A DNA stretch of 64,000 nt from assembly GCF_030028105.1 (NCBI RefSeq), contig NC_092398.1:24319649-24383648 (forward strand), in the 5' to 3' direction. This stretch comes from Mobula birostris. Lineage: Eukaryota. This document shows, piece after piece, positions 22,601 to 36,697 of this stretch. Positions within the stretch are counted from its first letter, which is position 1. The number at the start of each line of letters is the position of its first letter. A model generated the notes under the pieces. That model had not been told where the DNA came from and ran no database searches. It saw nothing but the letters and a program-made list of their open reading frames with translations. Made by a program: the position numbers and the translations under genes.

Positions 22601-24157
22601 ACCCTACTCCAGTTCCTAGCTGCCCGAAGTCATTGGTGGCTAAATCCAAGCTGCAATTTTGTCAGTCACAAGTGCAGTACCTCGGGTTTTCATTGAAGGC
22701 TGGGAATCGAGAGATCGGAGCGGACCGAATACAGACCATTTTACGGATACCGACGCCAAAAACGAAAAAATTCGGGTCGACGGTCAGCTAACAACAGGCA
22801 GAGTCCAGCGGGACTGAGGATGTAGTGGTTGACCGGAGTGGTGTTCATAGGAGCGTTGATTCAGGTGGTGGGAGGGAGCAACACTAACACCTTATTGTTT
22901 CTCTGCCATCCGTATGCTAATAGGTAAAGCTGGGAGCATGCTGCGTATGGGCCGAAATTCCCCAGCTGGTAAAACGATGATCCGTATGTCGGTGGTCCCT
23001 CTTAACCTAAGTGAAGTGACATCAGTAGTTTTGTTTAGTGGGGGCAGGAATGGTTGCAGTGTCAATGGTTCTGAGAACTGGCCAGGATGGCCTTCTGGCT
23101 TTGAAGGATGGTACTATCGGCCTTCTTCCCGCAACCCGTCCAACCTATGGTCAGGAGTTAGTGTAACTCCACCGCAGCGGAACAGTAAAAAAAAACTTCT
23201 GTTACTGCAATAAGAATTAGAGCTGCCCTTACCAAGTAGGGGATTTCTCCTGCTCAAAAATAAGACTGCCTCTGATGACACTCTACCCCGTCCCCTTAAT
23301 GGCAGTTACCCGAAATGATGGAAGACACAGCCGGCAAGGAGCATCTGCTGAGGTGAAGAGGTGTACCCAGGGAAGAAAATACCATTCTGCGATGCATATA
23401 AATTCCCTTATGAGGAGGAGGAGAAAATACCACAGTAAAGAGTGTTAATCTCGAAGATTAACAAGGAGGGAACTATGGAAGAAAAATATCAAAGCTTTAC
23501 ATTGTAATGGACATTGAGGGAATAATGAATTGTTTTTAAATGTTAAATCGAAGTCTATAATCATTTATCTGTAATTAATGTACTCTGTGTGACTGAACTG
23601 TGCCTTGTAACAGAGATATAAAAAATCTCTATCTGTAGTTCTTTGTTCTGAGAAGTTTTATCCGTCTGCGTTTGAGCCAGCTTGCCTGATATATATTTGA
23701 GAACCAAAACTTATGTAAAATGTGTAGCTGCTGGAGGAGTTTTTTTTTTTTTTTTTGCTTCTTCGCTCTTCGGTAGCGTTGCTGGAGTTCCAGCAAAGTA
23801 CTAAGAAACTGATTGCGAAGATTTGCCTTGAAGTCGTCATGCAGGATGCAGTGGACTAATTATACATTGTTCTCTAAAATGATAGACATTGTTTTCTGTA
23901 TATTTGAACGCTAGACAAAGGTTTAAATAAGGAACTATCTGGTCATAAATTGTCCTGAAGCACGTGACATTTACTTCTGTAAAAATCCACTTGTATCTCT
24001 TGTCACGTACCATTCATGCATAAGTATGGCTGAGTTTTCTTGTTTGACAGAGTCCTAAGACGCTGATTTACGAACTTGGGCTCTCCATGATATCATGTGT
24101 CAATAAAGATTTTCCGAAGCGGCTCCCTTCGGGTCTGTGTACTCTTTTTCCGCGGCA
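19621..24157 (+). mobile_element. Same ERV in unit 1, 5'-deleted (no 5' LTR, PBS or gag start)
   Basis: Colinear with 46393-50898: PTAPPPY 19767-19787, CCHC ~20855, DTG 21118, YADD 22541, 3' LTR 23474-24157 then GTCAC. Confidence 0.92.
23474..24157 (+). repeat. 3' LTR of the unit-1 provirus
   Basis: Near-identical to 50218-50898; preceded by the PPT. Confidence 0.92.
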
Positions 24158-26633
24158 GTCACGAATCACTCTAGCACTCATCATGTCTACTGGCAATGTT
24201 GGAACACAAGTGTGGAGGAGATACAGACTCCCAATGAAGAGATGGTGACCAGAGTTCGTTTATAAAATTCGAACAGAACATTCATCGCTTGGTGGATTGC
24301 CACCGTGAGACGTAGCATTCCCAAAACTGGGATCGCGCGATCACGTCTAATTGGAAGACTGCTAACATAAGTAACATGGAATCTCCGAGCCTATCAAAAT
24401 AAAATGAGCAAGTCTAAACAGAAAGCACCGGGACCGCATCCCAAAGAGCGAGTCACTCGAGAAAAAAAAAGTAGGAAGAAATGTCAATCATTGACGTCTC
24501 GTTAAAGTTAACGAATTCGGGTGCGCCAATACTCTCAGAGCTCAACACGCTCCTGGACTCCGCAAAGTCAGCGGCATTACGACCCGAGTAGGCGGTCACT
24601 TCCGACGGATGTACTGTATACGTGCGGCTGCTCTCCTCTTACGCAGATGAAAAGACGTTTTCCATCTTCTGAGATTAATGTGATTATTGGAGTGTATTTT
24701 GTATTGGTTTCCTTCAGGTTTTCGGTATTTCTTTCTTGTGGCCGATTGCCGGTGGGCTGAGCAGGTAATTGTTGCATGTAGAAGGCGATGTTGGGGAATT
24801 TGGAGTCACTGTCCCTGTTCCTTTCAGAAAGTAAGGGGTCGAAAACCTAATGTGTACGGAGTCTATGATTGTTATTGTGGCCGATTCTTTTTTTAATGCC
24901 CGCAAGGGGGAATATTGGGGTCCTCGAGTTACTTTTCTATTTTTTCCGTGCCGAATACTCTGGGGGAGTCGATGTGTTTTCTTTCATCAACATCTACGGT
25001 CTTTCTGTATTTAATCGCTATCCGTAGTAAACAAATATCATCATTTAATCACACATGCAGCGAAAATAAGAGAGATGACAGTGATATGATTAAATTATAC
25101 TGAGTCAACACCCTCCACTATGTCAACAATTCACAATTTCACCCAGGGGGCGACCCTGCTGTTTGTCCTGGGGTTAAGAACTGGGGAAGAAGGCGGGACC
25201 ACGAACATCAGAAGCCCCACCCACCCACCCGACTCAACTTTTTAAAGTAGTTGGCTTCTTAATGCAGTCTGTCCTTCTCTCCTCAGTGACAGGTCCCAAC
25301 AGCACCACTCCGCTCATTGGTATCTCCCGTCACAGCGCTCTCCCACTCGCTCAGCTCCCACTCAGTGGTCGCGCCCGCGCGTATGAACAAAACATGCCGA
25401 CGAGATAGAAGTCCATTGCCAATATAGACAACCGGCTTCCACTTGTATCCTTTGGTGGATAAACATCAACCGGGTGCTTTAGCACAACGGACGAGCTATG
25501 CGGTCGGGTGTAGTGAATGCCGATTCACCGCTCGGAAAACAGACGACAGACACGAACACCGCGGGGCCGCGCCGACTTTCCTGAACTGAAAATGCGCAGT
25601 GGGTGGGGGCTTCTGGGGAATGTACTCTAGATGTTATTGCTTACAGGGCATGCGCTGCGTTGCGGAGCATCCTGAGGAATATAGTAGATTCGGAATACTT
25701 CAACTGCGTATGCGATATAGCTCATGAGCTCTTTGGGAGTCCTGCACCCTCCTGGAAGTTCTTGTTTCACAATCTTATAAGGTCTCAATGATTTCTGCAC
25801 GTTAGACTAGAAATTGCCAGTACAACTTCAAAAGTTAATTTCATTTATCTATGAGATCCAATAAGGCCGGTAAATTTTCCCCATTCCCAACAGCCCTACA
25901 GAAAGATGGGGGTGAACTGCGCCCTTGAATCGCCACAGTCTGTTGAAAGGGACTGCTGGGGCCGAGGATGCAGGGTTCAGAGCCGTTGACGGTGATGGAT
26001 TTCATTTAACTTGCCCGTGATCGAATGGCAGAGCAGACTTGATCGGCCGGCTGGTCTCATTCTCTTGCCTTAAGGTCTTATGAAGTTGGCTAAGCGGATG
26101 GCTCTTAGGTGGTTCGTACTGTTCGCTGCCGCCCCGCCCCCTGCGGGAAAAGCAGCAGGGTTGAGTGGGGGTGTTACCGGAATTGTCCGGGCGAGCAAAC
26201 GATCTGAATTGTGCGGACATACACTGTCCGCCAGTGTTGGAGATTGGTGTCTGACGTCAGGAGTGGCAGGTGAGGGTCTTCTTGTCACACGAGTCAAGCT
26301 TGTTAGCCCTGAGCTGTGCCCCAAACCTAGAAGACGAGTCGATCACTCTTAGTTTGGGGTCTATCATTTGACTTGCTTGGCATGGGTGACCCTAACGAGA
26401 GCGAAAACATAAATCTCTGACTCCAGCCGTCAAAGCTCGCTGGGCCAGTGAGGCAAGCAAGCCGCCAAACTCAACGACTGTCTTCTTGTGGTCCTGTTGG
26501 CCGGCGGTGTGGTAAAGAGAAATGGCTTGGAGAGGGGGCAAGCCCATATCCATTGGATCAGTGAATGTGAGGGGTCGACTAAGGTACTAAGAATCACAAA
26601 GGGACGGCCCAGTGATGGGCACTGCAACAACGA

Positions 26634-26913
26634 CTCCCAAGATCAGACACAGAGTGAAGCCCGTTCTACATTCTCCCATCCTATACTTCCGGGGTCAGAC
26701 ACAGAATGAAGGGCTCTCCTAATCGTTCCATAACACATTCCCCGAGTCAGACACAGAGTGCAGCACCCTCCCCACTGTCCCATCACACTCTCCCGGGGTC
26801 AGGCAGAGCGTGAAGTTCCCTCCACAGCGTCCAATCGCACACTCTATGGATCAGACACAAAGTGAAGCTCCCTTTACGCCGTCCCATCACCCACTACCAG
26901 CGTCAGACACAGT
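26634..26913 (+). repeat. 52-bp minisatellite (unit 2)
   Basis: Copy of 3011-3290. Confidence 0.9.
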
Positions 26914-29900
26914 GAGTTCCAGTGAGGAAGAAATCACTGATAGTCTCCATGTACTATCTGTGAAACTCCTGTTCACATATGGTTCGGATTTCTGCAGCAT
27001 TCATGGACTCACGGTCTCAGACTATATTTTTTTGTCTGAGTGTATTTACTGATATCTTATATGCACGTGCAAACATTTATATTGTTTTGTTATGTTTGCT
27101 GTTGGTATTTTTTGTTTACCTTGGCCCCGGAGTAACGCTGTTGCGTTCGGCTATAATCATGTATGCTTGATTAACAATTAAATGAAACTATGAAATGTGG
27201 ATGCAAAGGCTCATGGCGTCGTAGTTAAACATTGGGGAACGTAATTCCAAAGCATGGTCACACTGGAGACAACATCTCAGAGATTCCCTTCGAGGCACTT
27301 CGGCCGAGCGGCAGTGGTGGGGACAGATATGGAACTTTTTCAACGAGAGTATCTTCCCCCTTTGCATCAGGGACCGAGAGAGGAGGCTATCGCTCAGTGC
27401 GTTCAGAACACAACATGTTGAAGAATGAAACACGGGAACTGGTCCTACAAGCACACCATTTCTGTGATAACCCGACCCCAAACTACATTAATCTCTTCAA
27501 ACTTAGTGCATATCTCTTCATTCCATTCAATTTTAGACACCATAGACTATTAGACATAGAAGCAGAATAAGGCCATTCAGCTCATCGAGTATGATTTATC
27601 ATCCACCTCAGCAACATTCTCTGGTCTTCTATCCATATACTAGGACACGTTTTCTCAATCGAGAGATCGGCAACCTCCAGGGTAGCGGGGTGGAGATAAA
27701 TATCTACCAAAAGAGGTGGAAGACGCTCCTTCCCTCCGGTAGCCTGCAGGTCACCATTAGGCACGCTGTAACACATGCTTTGTTCTCCTGATCAGTGTCA
27801 CATGGAACCGCGAGGGCAGTTGGTATGTGTAGCGGGTGTATGTCACAGATTCTGACTGAGCAACCTGTGATGCCAGGCAGACAATCTCAGAAGGACATTG
27901 ATAATGGCTGGGTTAAACCATCTTGTAAAGATACTGGCCAGTAGAAGGCACACGAAAACGGCGGCGACTTTCCGGAAGAGAAAATGCGCTTCTGGTGGAA
28001 GAACACACACAAAACGCCGGTGGAACGCAGCAGGCCAGGCAGCATCAGAGGAAGAAATACAATCAACGTTTCGGGCCGAGACCTTTCGTCAGGACGAACT
28101 GAAAGAAGAGTGAGTAAGAAATTTGAAGTGGTTGTCCTGCTGGATGTAGTCTACAATGCTGTTGCTTACAGGGTGTGCGCTCCGTTGTGAAGGATGTCGG
28201 GAAATGTATTAAATGAGGAATAATTCAACCGCGCATGCTCTATAGCAAATGGGGTTAATTTCAGAAATTAACCACGTGGCCTCCTTCTAACTTAACTTCT
28301 CAACAATGAAAGGAAATGCTTTGTTATTCACTGCTCTCTGAGTAAAATATTATCTCATGATGTCAACACCTCAACTTCCTAATATTGAGCTTCCTGGAAC
28401 TACAAACCCAGAGTGTCTCTACCGATGTGGAGTAACTCATCTCTTCTGTTCATTGGGAATTAAGACCGCACCTTTGCTAAATCAGCATCCAAATTCCGCA
28501 CAAGAAACAACTCCTCAAAATAACTCGATCACCCAATGAATTCGACCGTCCATCACTGTTCAGGTCCTGTGCAAGGCTACTCCCATGCGCCCAAGGGAAT
28601 TTAACGTCTGAGTGCAAGTATCCAAACCTGCGGAGGACCGCGACGGAGCCGGAGATTTCAGGCAAAGGTGAGATGAATTTCCACGGGATTCAGATAACAG
28701 ATACTGAGATAGTGTAGACAGTCAGAATCGCTTTCCCATTGTGGGAGCAACATTGAGAGGAAAGCTTATATTTATCATGAGGTCATGAGGACATGATTAT
28801 TTTGGTATCAGAGAGTGTAATGTCCTGGTTCATATTTTTACCGTTATTTTGTAAGTATTTCATTTTAGTCTTCAGCCTCCAAGTTCACGAAACCAAATCC
28901 TTAACTATCGACTCCAATATCTTCCCAACCACTGCGGTCAGACTAATTGGCCTACAATATTCTTTCTTCTTCCTCTCTCCATTTTTGAGGAGTCTAATGA
29001 CGTTTGCAATTTTACAGTCTTCGGACCTATTCCAAAAACCAGTGATCCTTGAAAGATCATTACGATTGCCTTTGCAATCTCTTCAGCTACCTCTTTCTGA
29101 GCACTGGGGTGTACACCATCAGGTCTATGTGACTCATCCACGTTCAGACCTATCAGTTTGCCAAGGATCTTTACCCCAGTAATGTTAACTTCACACACTT
29201 CATGATCCACGATACACGAACGGTATGTTGCTTCCGTGCTGCCAGGATAAAGAATGTCTCTGAAACGATCCAAGGACATTCCCAAAGACGACAGGGGACA
29301 GCCAAAAGTATTACTTCCTATTGGCACGAATAAAATAGGGAGACAAAGTGACGAGGTCCTGAAGAGACATTTTAGGGAATTCGGTAGAAACTAAGAAACA
29401 AGACTTTCAGGGTGCTAATCGCTGAATTGCTAACTGTGTCATGCGCCAGTCATTGTAGGAATAGGAAGAATTGGCAGATGATGACGTAATTGATGAACTA
29501 GTGCAGAGGGCACGCAGGAACTTAGATTCATCGGACATTGGGATCTCTTCTGGTGAAGGTATGACTTGTACAAAAGGGACTGATTACACCTGAACCCGAG
29601 ATGGTCCAATATCCTTTCGTGGCTGAAAGAGGATTTTTCAGTAGCTAGCAGCTTAATGTCCAAGGTTTTACAGTGTAGCGCAAGGACAGGCAGGACGGCA
29701 GAAGTTGTGGCGTTGGTGTGATGCTGAAAAAAATGAATTGAAATCATTAGTAAGAGGTGACAATGGAAAGAAGGTTATTGAATCTTTGTGGATTCACTGT
29801 GAGAATTCGGATACAATCCCGAAAATAATTTGGCTTATTGAGATTTTTCTATCGAGTATCATTTTTCTAATTATTTTTAAACGCTCTACGATTGATATGG

Positions 29901-31061
29901 CTTTTAAAGAACAGGATGTATTAAGTATTAAATGCTTTCAGGACTTGTTTGTAGAGGGAAGTATCTTATCGTTTGAACAACTCTCAACGAAATACAGTTT
30001 ACCTAAAACTCATTTTTTTCTTTGATACCTACAAATAAGAGATTTTTGACGGTGTCAAATAAGAATATTTCCCAAAAGCCCTGAGAAGAACCTACTGGAT
30101 GCATTTTTTAATTTGATTTTTTTTAATAATGGATCTATATCTACTGTCTAAAATATGCTGTAGAGAATGAGAATTGTTCCTTCAGATACAATAAAAAAAT
30201 ACCTTGGGAACAAGATTTACAGATTTCAATTTCTGAGTAAACTTGGAATCAAATTTATAAATTGGTTAACACTTCATCGTTATGTGCCCACCACTCTGTC
30301 CTACAATTTAAAGTGGTACATTGCGCCCATATGACCAAGGATAAATTGCCTCGCTTTTATTTAGGTGTATCTCCGTTTTGTGATCAATGTAATAATGGAG
30401 AAGCTTCACTCATTTACATGTTTTGGACATGTCCGAGTCTTGAAAAATATTGGAAAGAAGTACTTCAAACCTTCTTGATACTTTTCAAAATATACTTTAA
30501 AACTAATCCTTTGACACTTTTATTTGGTATTGTTGGAGGAAACGATATCATTTTGGAGTCATCTGACTTGCATATTTGGCCTTTATTTATCCTATGGCCA
30601 GAAGGACAATCTTGCTCAAATGGAAAGCTGTGTCCCCACCCATTCACTCTCAATCGTCTCGTGATGTCATGTCATGTATAAATGTAGAGAACATTCGATG
30701 TTTAATCTCTGAATCCAGCAAAGACTTTCAAACATTGTAGGTAACTTGTGTGAATGATTTTCTAAACATTTGATTTGCTGTTAAACCACAGATGATGACT
30801 GAAACTTTTTTTCATTTTTTTCTTTACTAATCATCTTCGGTCTTGGTAGTGAGTAACATTTTTAATATAACAAAATTACTATATTTCAATCTTACGTATT
30901 AATTAATCAGTATGAATATAGCGTAAGGAGTCATTATGTGCAATATATTTTTTCCTGTACACTGTATTCTTATATGCAAAATTAAAATAAAAATATTGGA
31001 AAGGAGTCGTTGTGGAGAGAATCTTCCTGTTAGGTTGAAAGGAGGTTTAAAAGTTTGAGGG

Positions 31062-32829
31062 AGCCATGGTTTTCAAGGGATATTGCAAGCTTGGTTTTGA
31101 AAAAGATAGGGATCTACAATAAATATATGCAGCTTGGAGTTAATGAGGTGCTCGAGAAATATAAAGAACGTAAAAAAGAATCTTAAGAAAGAAATTGGAA
31201 GTGCTAAAATAAGATAGGAGGCTACTTTAGCAAGTAGATAAAAATAAATCCAAAGGGTTTCTACAGTTGTACTAATAGTAAATGGATAGTGAGGGATAAA
31301 ATTGGTCCCTCAGAGAATCAGAGTGGACGGCTATATGGGGAGCCAAAAGAAAGGGGGAGATTTTGAACAATTTCTTTTCTTCGGTATTCACTAAGGAGAA
31401 GGATTTTGAATTGTGTAAGGTAAAGGAAACCAGACGGGTATTTATGGAAAGTACGACGATTAAAGTAAAGCAAGTATTAGCGCTGTTGAGGAATCTAAAA
31501 GTGTATAAGTTTCTGGGTCCGGACAAGATATTCACTAGGACCTTGAGGGAAGTTAGTGTGGAAATCGCAGGGGCTCTGACAGAAATATTTCAAATATCAT
31601 TAGAAACGGGGTTGGATGTTGCCAGAGGATTGCCATATTGCTCATGTTGTTCCATTGTTTAAAACGGGTTCTAAGACTATATCTAGCAATTATCGGCTTG
31701 TGAGTTTGACGTAAGTGGTGGGTAAATTGATGGAAAGTATTCTTAGAGAAGCTATATACAATTATCTGGATAGACAGGGCTGATTAGAGACAGTCATCCT
31801 GGATTTGTGCGTGGAAGGTCATGTTTGACAAATCTTATAGAATGTTTGATTAGGTTACTCGGAAAGTTGACGAGGGTAAGGCGTTGGATGTTGTCTGTAT
31901 GGATTTCATAAAGCCTTAGACAAAATTCCACACGGAAGGTTAGTTAGGAAGGTTCAATCGTTAGGCATTAATTTCGTTGTAGTATAATGGATTCAGCAGT
32001 GGCTGAAAGATGGCAGATAGAGTTTAATGCTGAAAGATGAGAGGTGCTACATTTTGGTGGGACTAATCAAAATAGGACATACATGGTATATGGTAGGGCA
32101 TTGAAGAATGCAGTAGAACAGAGGGATCTAGGAATAATGGTGCATAGTTCCCTGAAGGTGGAATCTCATGTGATAGGGTGGTGAAGAAAGCTTTTGGTAT
32201 GCTGGCCTTCATTAATTAGAGCATTGAGTATAGTAGTTGGGATGTAATGTTGAAATTGTATAAGGCATTGGTGCGGCCAGATTTGGAGTATTGTGTACAG
32301 TTCTGGTCACCGAATTATCGGGAAGATGTCAATAAAATTGGGAGAGTACAGAGGAGATTTATTAAAACGTTACCTGTGTTTCATCTCCTAAGTTACAGAT
32401 AAAGGTTTAACAAGTTAGGTCTTTGTTCTTTGGAGCAGAGAATGATGCGAAGGGACTTGAAAGAGGTATTTAAAATTATGAAGGGGATGGATAGAGTTGA
32501 CGTGGATAGGCTTTTTCCATTTGAGAGTGGGAGAGATTCAAACAAGAGAACATGAGTTGAGAGTTAAAGGGAAAAAGTTTAGGGGTAACATGAGGGGTAA
32601 CTTCTTTACTCAGAGAGTGGTAGCTGTGTGGAACGAGCATCCAGCAGAAATGGAGCAGGTTTGATGTTGTCGTGTAAAGTAAATTTGGATAGATATATGG
32701 ACAGGAAAGGAATCGGGGGTTATGGCTGAGTGCAGGTCGGTGGAACAAGGTGAGAGTAACAGATCGGCACGGACTAGAAGGGCCTAGATGGCCTGTTTCC
32801 GTGCTGTAATTGCTATATGGTTATATGGA
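31062..32829 (+). mobile_element. CR1 LINE (unit 2 copy)
   Basis: Copy of 7440-9207. Confidence 0.88.
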
Positions 32830-35800
32830 TAGAGCTAAAAAAAAAAACTGCAAGTGTAAGAAGTCCCTGTCTTAGTCGCTGAAGAACTGAGGGAAAAGTT
32901 TAAGGTAAAAGAACCCTAAGGGTAAAGTGATCATATTATGATTGAATTTATCCTGAAGAAATTGCTCTGAACACATATGTATCAGGTACGACTGCAGAAT
33001 ATAGGTAAGTAGAGTGACCGCAGAATATAGGTAATTAGAGTCATGAGAGAGGCGTTGGCCAGAATAGATAGGAAAAGAACACTTTGGACGTTGGTAGAAC
33101 CGCAATGGCTGGAATTTCCGGAAGCAGCTCGGAAGGCGCAGAATATAAACATCCCAACAGAAGGAAGTATTCTCAAGGCACAATGAAACAATCGTGGGCA
33201 AGAAAAGAAGTTAACGCCAACAGAAATCCAAACGGTAACCAAAAATACAGCGAGATTTACTAGGAATTCAGAGGATTAGGTAGCTTTCAAAAACCAACAG
33301 AAGAAACCTAAAAAGTAATTGAAGATGGAATACGAAGGTAAACTGACCAATAAAATTAAAGAGGATACCAAATATTTCCTACGATAAGTAAAGTGTAAAA
33401 GAGAGACAAGAATGGATGTTGGGCCTCAGTAAATAAATGCTGTTGAGTTAGTAATGGGGGACACGGAATTGGTAGATGATCTGAATAAATATTTTTCATC
33501 TCTACTCACTGTGGAAGACACGAGCAGGATGGGTGTGAATTCACTATTCCTCGACAGCAAGTTCTGGGGTAAATCGAAGGACTGGGATAGATCAGTCATC
33601 TGGAACAGATGGAGTAATCACAAAAAGAAACTCTGCACTGTCCCATCATACAATGTCCGGCAGAAATAAATCCCGTGGCCTCTAATAAATGGAATGTTTT
33701 ATTCTTCATTCCTCTCTGAGTGAAGTATTATCTCATGATGACAACACGTGAAATTGTGCATATTGAGCTTCTTGTAACTTCAAACCCAGAGTGTTTGGAC
33801 GGCTGTAAAAAGATGCTGGAGATGTACTAAAGGCGGACGCGCAAACGGCGGACCACCTGAATAGGTATTTTCCATCAGTGTTCACTGTGGAAGACACCAG
33901 CATGAAGTGTCGGAATTCACTATTCCTTGATAGAAAGTTCTGGGGAATCAAAAGGTCTGAAGGTAGATAAATCACCTGACCTTATGGGGTTAATTTCAGA
34001 AATTTACCACGTGATCGCTTTATCTACTTTACTTCTCAAAAACAAGAGGAAATGTTTTTTCCCTCTGTGCTTTCTGAGTAAAGCATTATCTCATGATTTC
34101 AACAACTCAACTTCTTTATATTGAGCTTCCTGGATCTTCAAACCCAGAGAGTCTCTACCGAGGTGGACGAACTCATCTTTTCGCTCATTCGGAACCAAGG
34201 CCCCATCTTTACTAAATCAGCATCCAAATTCAGCACAAGACACAACTCCTCGATCTACCTCGAGCACTTAGGAAATCCCACCGTCCGTCTCTGTGCAAGT
34301 CCCGTTCAAGATTACTTTCGTGCGCTCAGGAGAACTTAACGTCTAAGTACAAGACTCCAAAACTGCTGAGGACCGGGAAGGAGCCGGAGGTTCCAGGGAA
34401 AGGTGAGATGCATTTCCACGGGTTTTATATTAATTTGGCAATGTGGTGGCTGATCAGGGATCATCAGCGTGGCGGCGTTGTGGAAGGAGGCCTGCCTTAC
34501 TACTTTCGGGAGGTTTTTCAGGAGAGTATATTCTCTTAGGCAATGAAGGCAGGGCAGTGGGATTATCAATATGCAGTTCAGTGAGGAGAACTTCAGAGGT
34601 TAGAAAGCCTGGGCTTGTTTTTCATGCGGCGGAAAGCAGCTTACGGATGGCCTAACAAAGGAAATTAAGATACTAGCTATAGAGATGGTGCAGACAGGTA
34701 GAATCGCTTTTCCATTGTAGGAGCAACATTGAGGGTAAGGCTTATATTTATCTCGAGCGGAGACTTAACCGAATATAAAGGCTAGGCTATTTTAAAGTTA
34801 ATTTTAATTTTTAGTTAGATTTGGAGATAAAGTACGGTAATCAGCCCTTCCGACCCGACGAGACCGTGCCGCCCAATTACTGTCATGTGATCAATTAACC
34901 TACTGGCGTCTCGAGTTTCTGGGGTTGACAGGTTTGTCATATGAGGCACTCACTTCTACTCACTGAAATTCAGAAGAATTGGTGGGCGGGGGGGAAGTCT
35001 TCATAGAAAGCTGTTCAATGTGAAAAGGCCTCGAAAGAGTGGATGTAGAATAGATGTTTCCTATGGGAAGTAGGCTAAGACTAGACGACACAGCCGCAGA
35101 ATGCAGGGCCGTTCTTTTAACAGGGAGCTTATGAGCACTTTGGAAAGCCATTCTACAGTACTCTGCAAAGTGTCTTAGGCACATACTGTATTTAGAGACA
35201 CACGTGGAGCAGCCCTTTCTGCCATCTAGCCCGCACCGCCAGCAGCCAACCTATTTAATCGCAGCCTTTTCGCAGGATATTTTACAATGATCAAATAACC
35301 TCATAACTAGTACGTCTGTTGAACGTGGAGAAACCGGAGTACCCGGAGCAAACTCACACGGTCTCGGGAACTTGTATCAGTGGTTGTAGCAACCTGATCA
35401 CCCTAATCCAGTAGAATATTCTCCTGGCTGCAGAGGATGATACAGGATCAAAATAACGGCTGTGTTCGGGTGGATACCCTTCATAGGGAACGCCTCCGTG
35501 GCACTTTGTTTCACGTGGGGAGGATAAAACACGGGCAGCCACCACACGGTATTTGACAGTTCTGGGCGGCCGGGGTCCAGCGGCAAGTAATGAAAGAAGA
35601 TTGTGGTCTCTGCGCTGCAGCAGACTTACTCCACCTTCACTGCCATATTACGTGTCCTGTTTCCGTTCCGTGTGGCTATCTTCCTTCTTCGTTCTCTCCT
35701 TCTCTCCTCAATACCTCTTCGCTCAATTATTCAACCCTCTAACTTCCACAATTTTTCCACCACCAGATCAGACATATCGCTCTCTGAAGGAGTGTCCAAT

Positions 35801-35854
35801 TCGACGTTCACTGGGAATCTCTCCCCCAACAATTTCGCGACCGGTAGATTCAGA

Positions 35855-36697
35855 ATGGAGTGGGGAGCACCTTCCGTCATGACAACGGTCATCCTTATCC
35901 TTACCGTCCTACTGGGCGCCCCGGGAAACGGCGCAGTCATCTGGGTGACGGGCTTCAAGATGAAAAGTAACGTCTGGAATGTGTGCTTCCTGAACCTGGC
36001 TGTGGCTGACCTGATTTATTGCCTGTGTCTCCCCTTATACACTATTCTCCAGCTTAAACCCATTTATTTTTGGCTGGTTGTATTACCCACTATGTTCCTA
36101 GTCGCTTTTGCCAGCCTATATCTGTTATGCCTGATCAGCATCTACCGCTGCCTGGCTATTACACGGCCCATATGGTTCCAGCAACATCTGAGCCTCGCAT
36201 GGGTTCGTGTGACCTGCTTCGTGGTCTGGGTCATAGCCATCGTCATCTTTATGCTTGTATTCTTCTCTTGGTATTTTTCCGTGTGTGCGCTAATTTGGAT
36301 CACGTTCACCTTCGCCCTCCCGCCTCTTGTAATTATGATCATTTGCTACGCCTTCGTTGGCCGGAGGCTGCAAGGGGTCAGGCTCGCTGAGTCCAGGAAG
36401 CCCATACGCCTGATCGTGACCACGGTCGCCGCATTTATGATCTGCTGGCTCCCCAGCACTCTCTACGCCCTCATACCAAACGCCTACATGCAGAGTCATT
36501 TTAACTGGTATATACTCACTGAGGCCCTGGCCTCATTCAACAGCGCCCTCAACCCTCTTATCTACGTCTTCGCCGGCAGCGACTTCCGTCAGGTCTTCAG
36601 GCGCTCCATGTTTGCCTCGCTCCTGCTGGCCTTCACCGAGCATGAGCCAAAGGGTGAGACCGAGACCCGCAATTCCACCTCAAATACGAATGTCTGA
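35855..36697 (+). CDS. Chemoattractant-family GPCR, copy 2
   Basis: Protein identical to copy 1 (ORF 35603-36697). Confidence 0.9.
   Translation: MEWGAPSVMTTVILILTVLLGAPGNGAVIWVTGFKMKSNVWNVCFLNLAVADLIYCLCLPLYTILQLKPIYFWLVVLPTMFLVAFASLYLLCLISIYRCLAITRPIWFQQHLSLAWVRVTCFVVWVIAIVIFMLVFFSWYFSVCALIWITFTFALPPLVIMIICYAFVGRRLQGVRLAESRKPIRLIVTTVAAFMICWLPSTLYALIPNAYMQSHFNWYILTEALASFNSALNPLIYVFAGSDFRQVFRRSMFASLLLAFTEHEPKGETETRNSTSNTNV

Larger units (their letters stand above)
1..23625 (+). repeat. Tandem segmental duplication, unit 1 (~23.6 kb; carries a 3152-bp deletion relative to unit 2)
   Basis: Sequence at 1 (tctctatctg) recurs at 23626 and 50370; the ORF track repeats at an offset of ~23620-23623 with near-identical translations. 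The unit boundary is arbitrary (window start). Confidence 0.97.
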
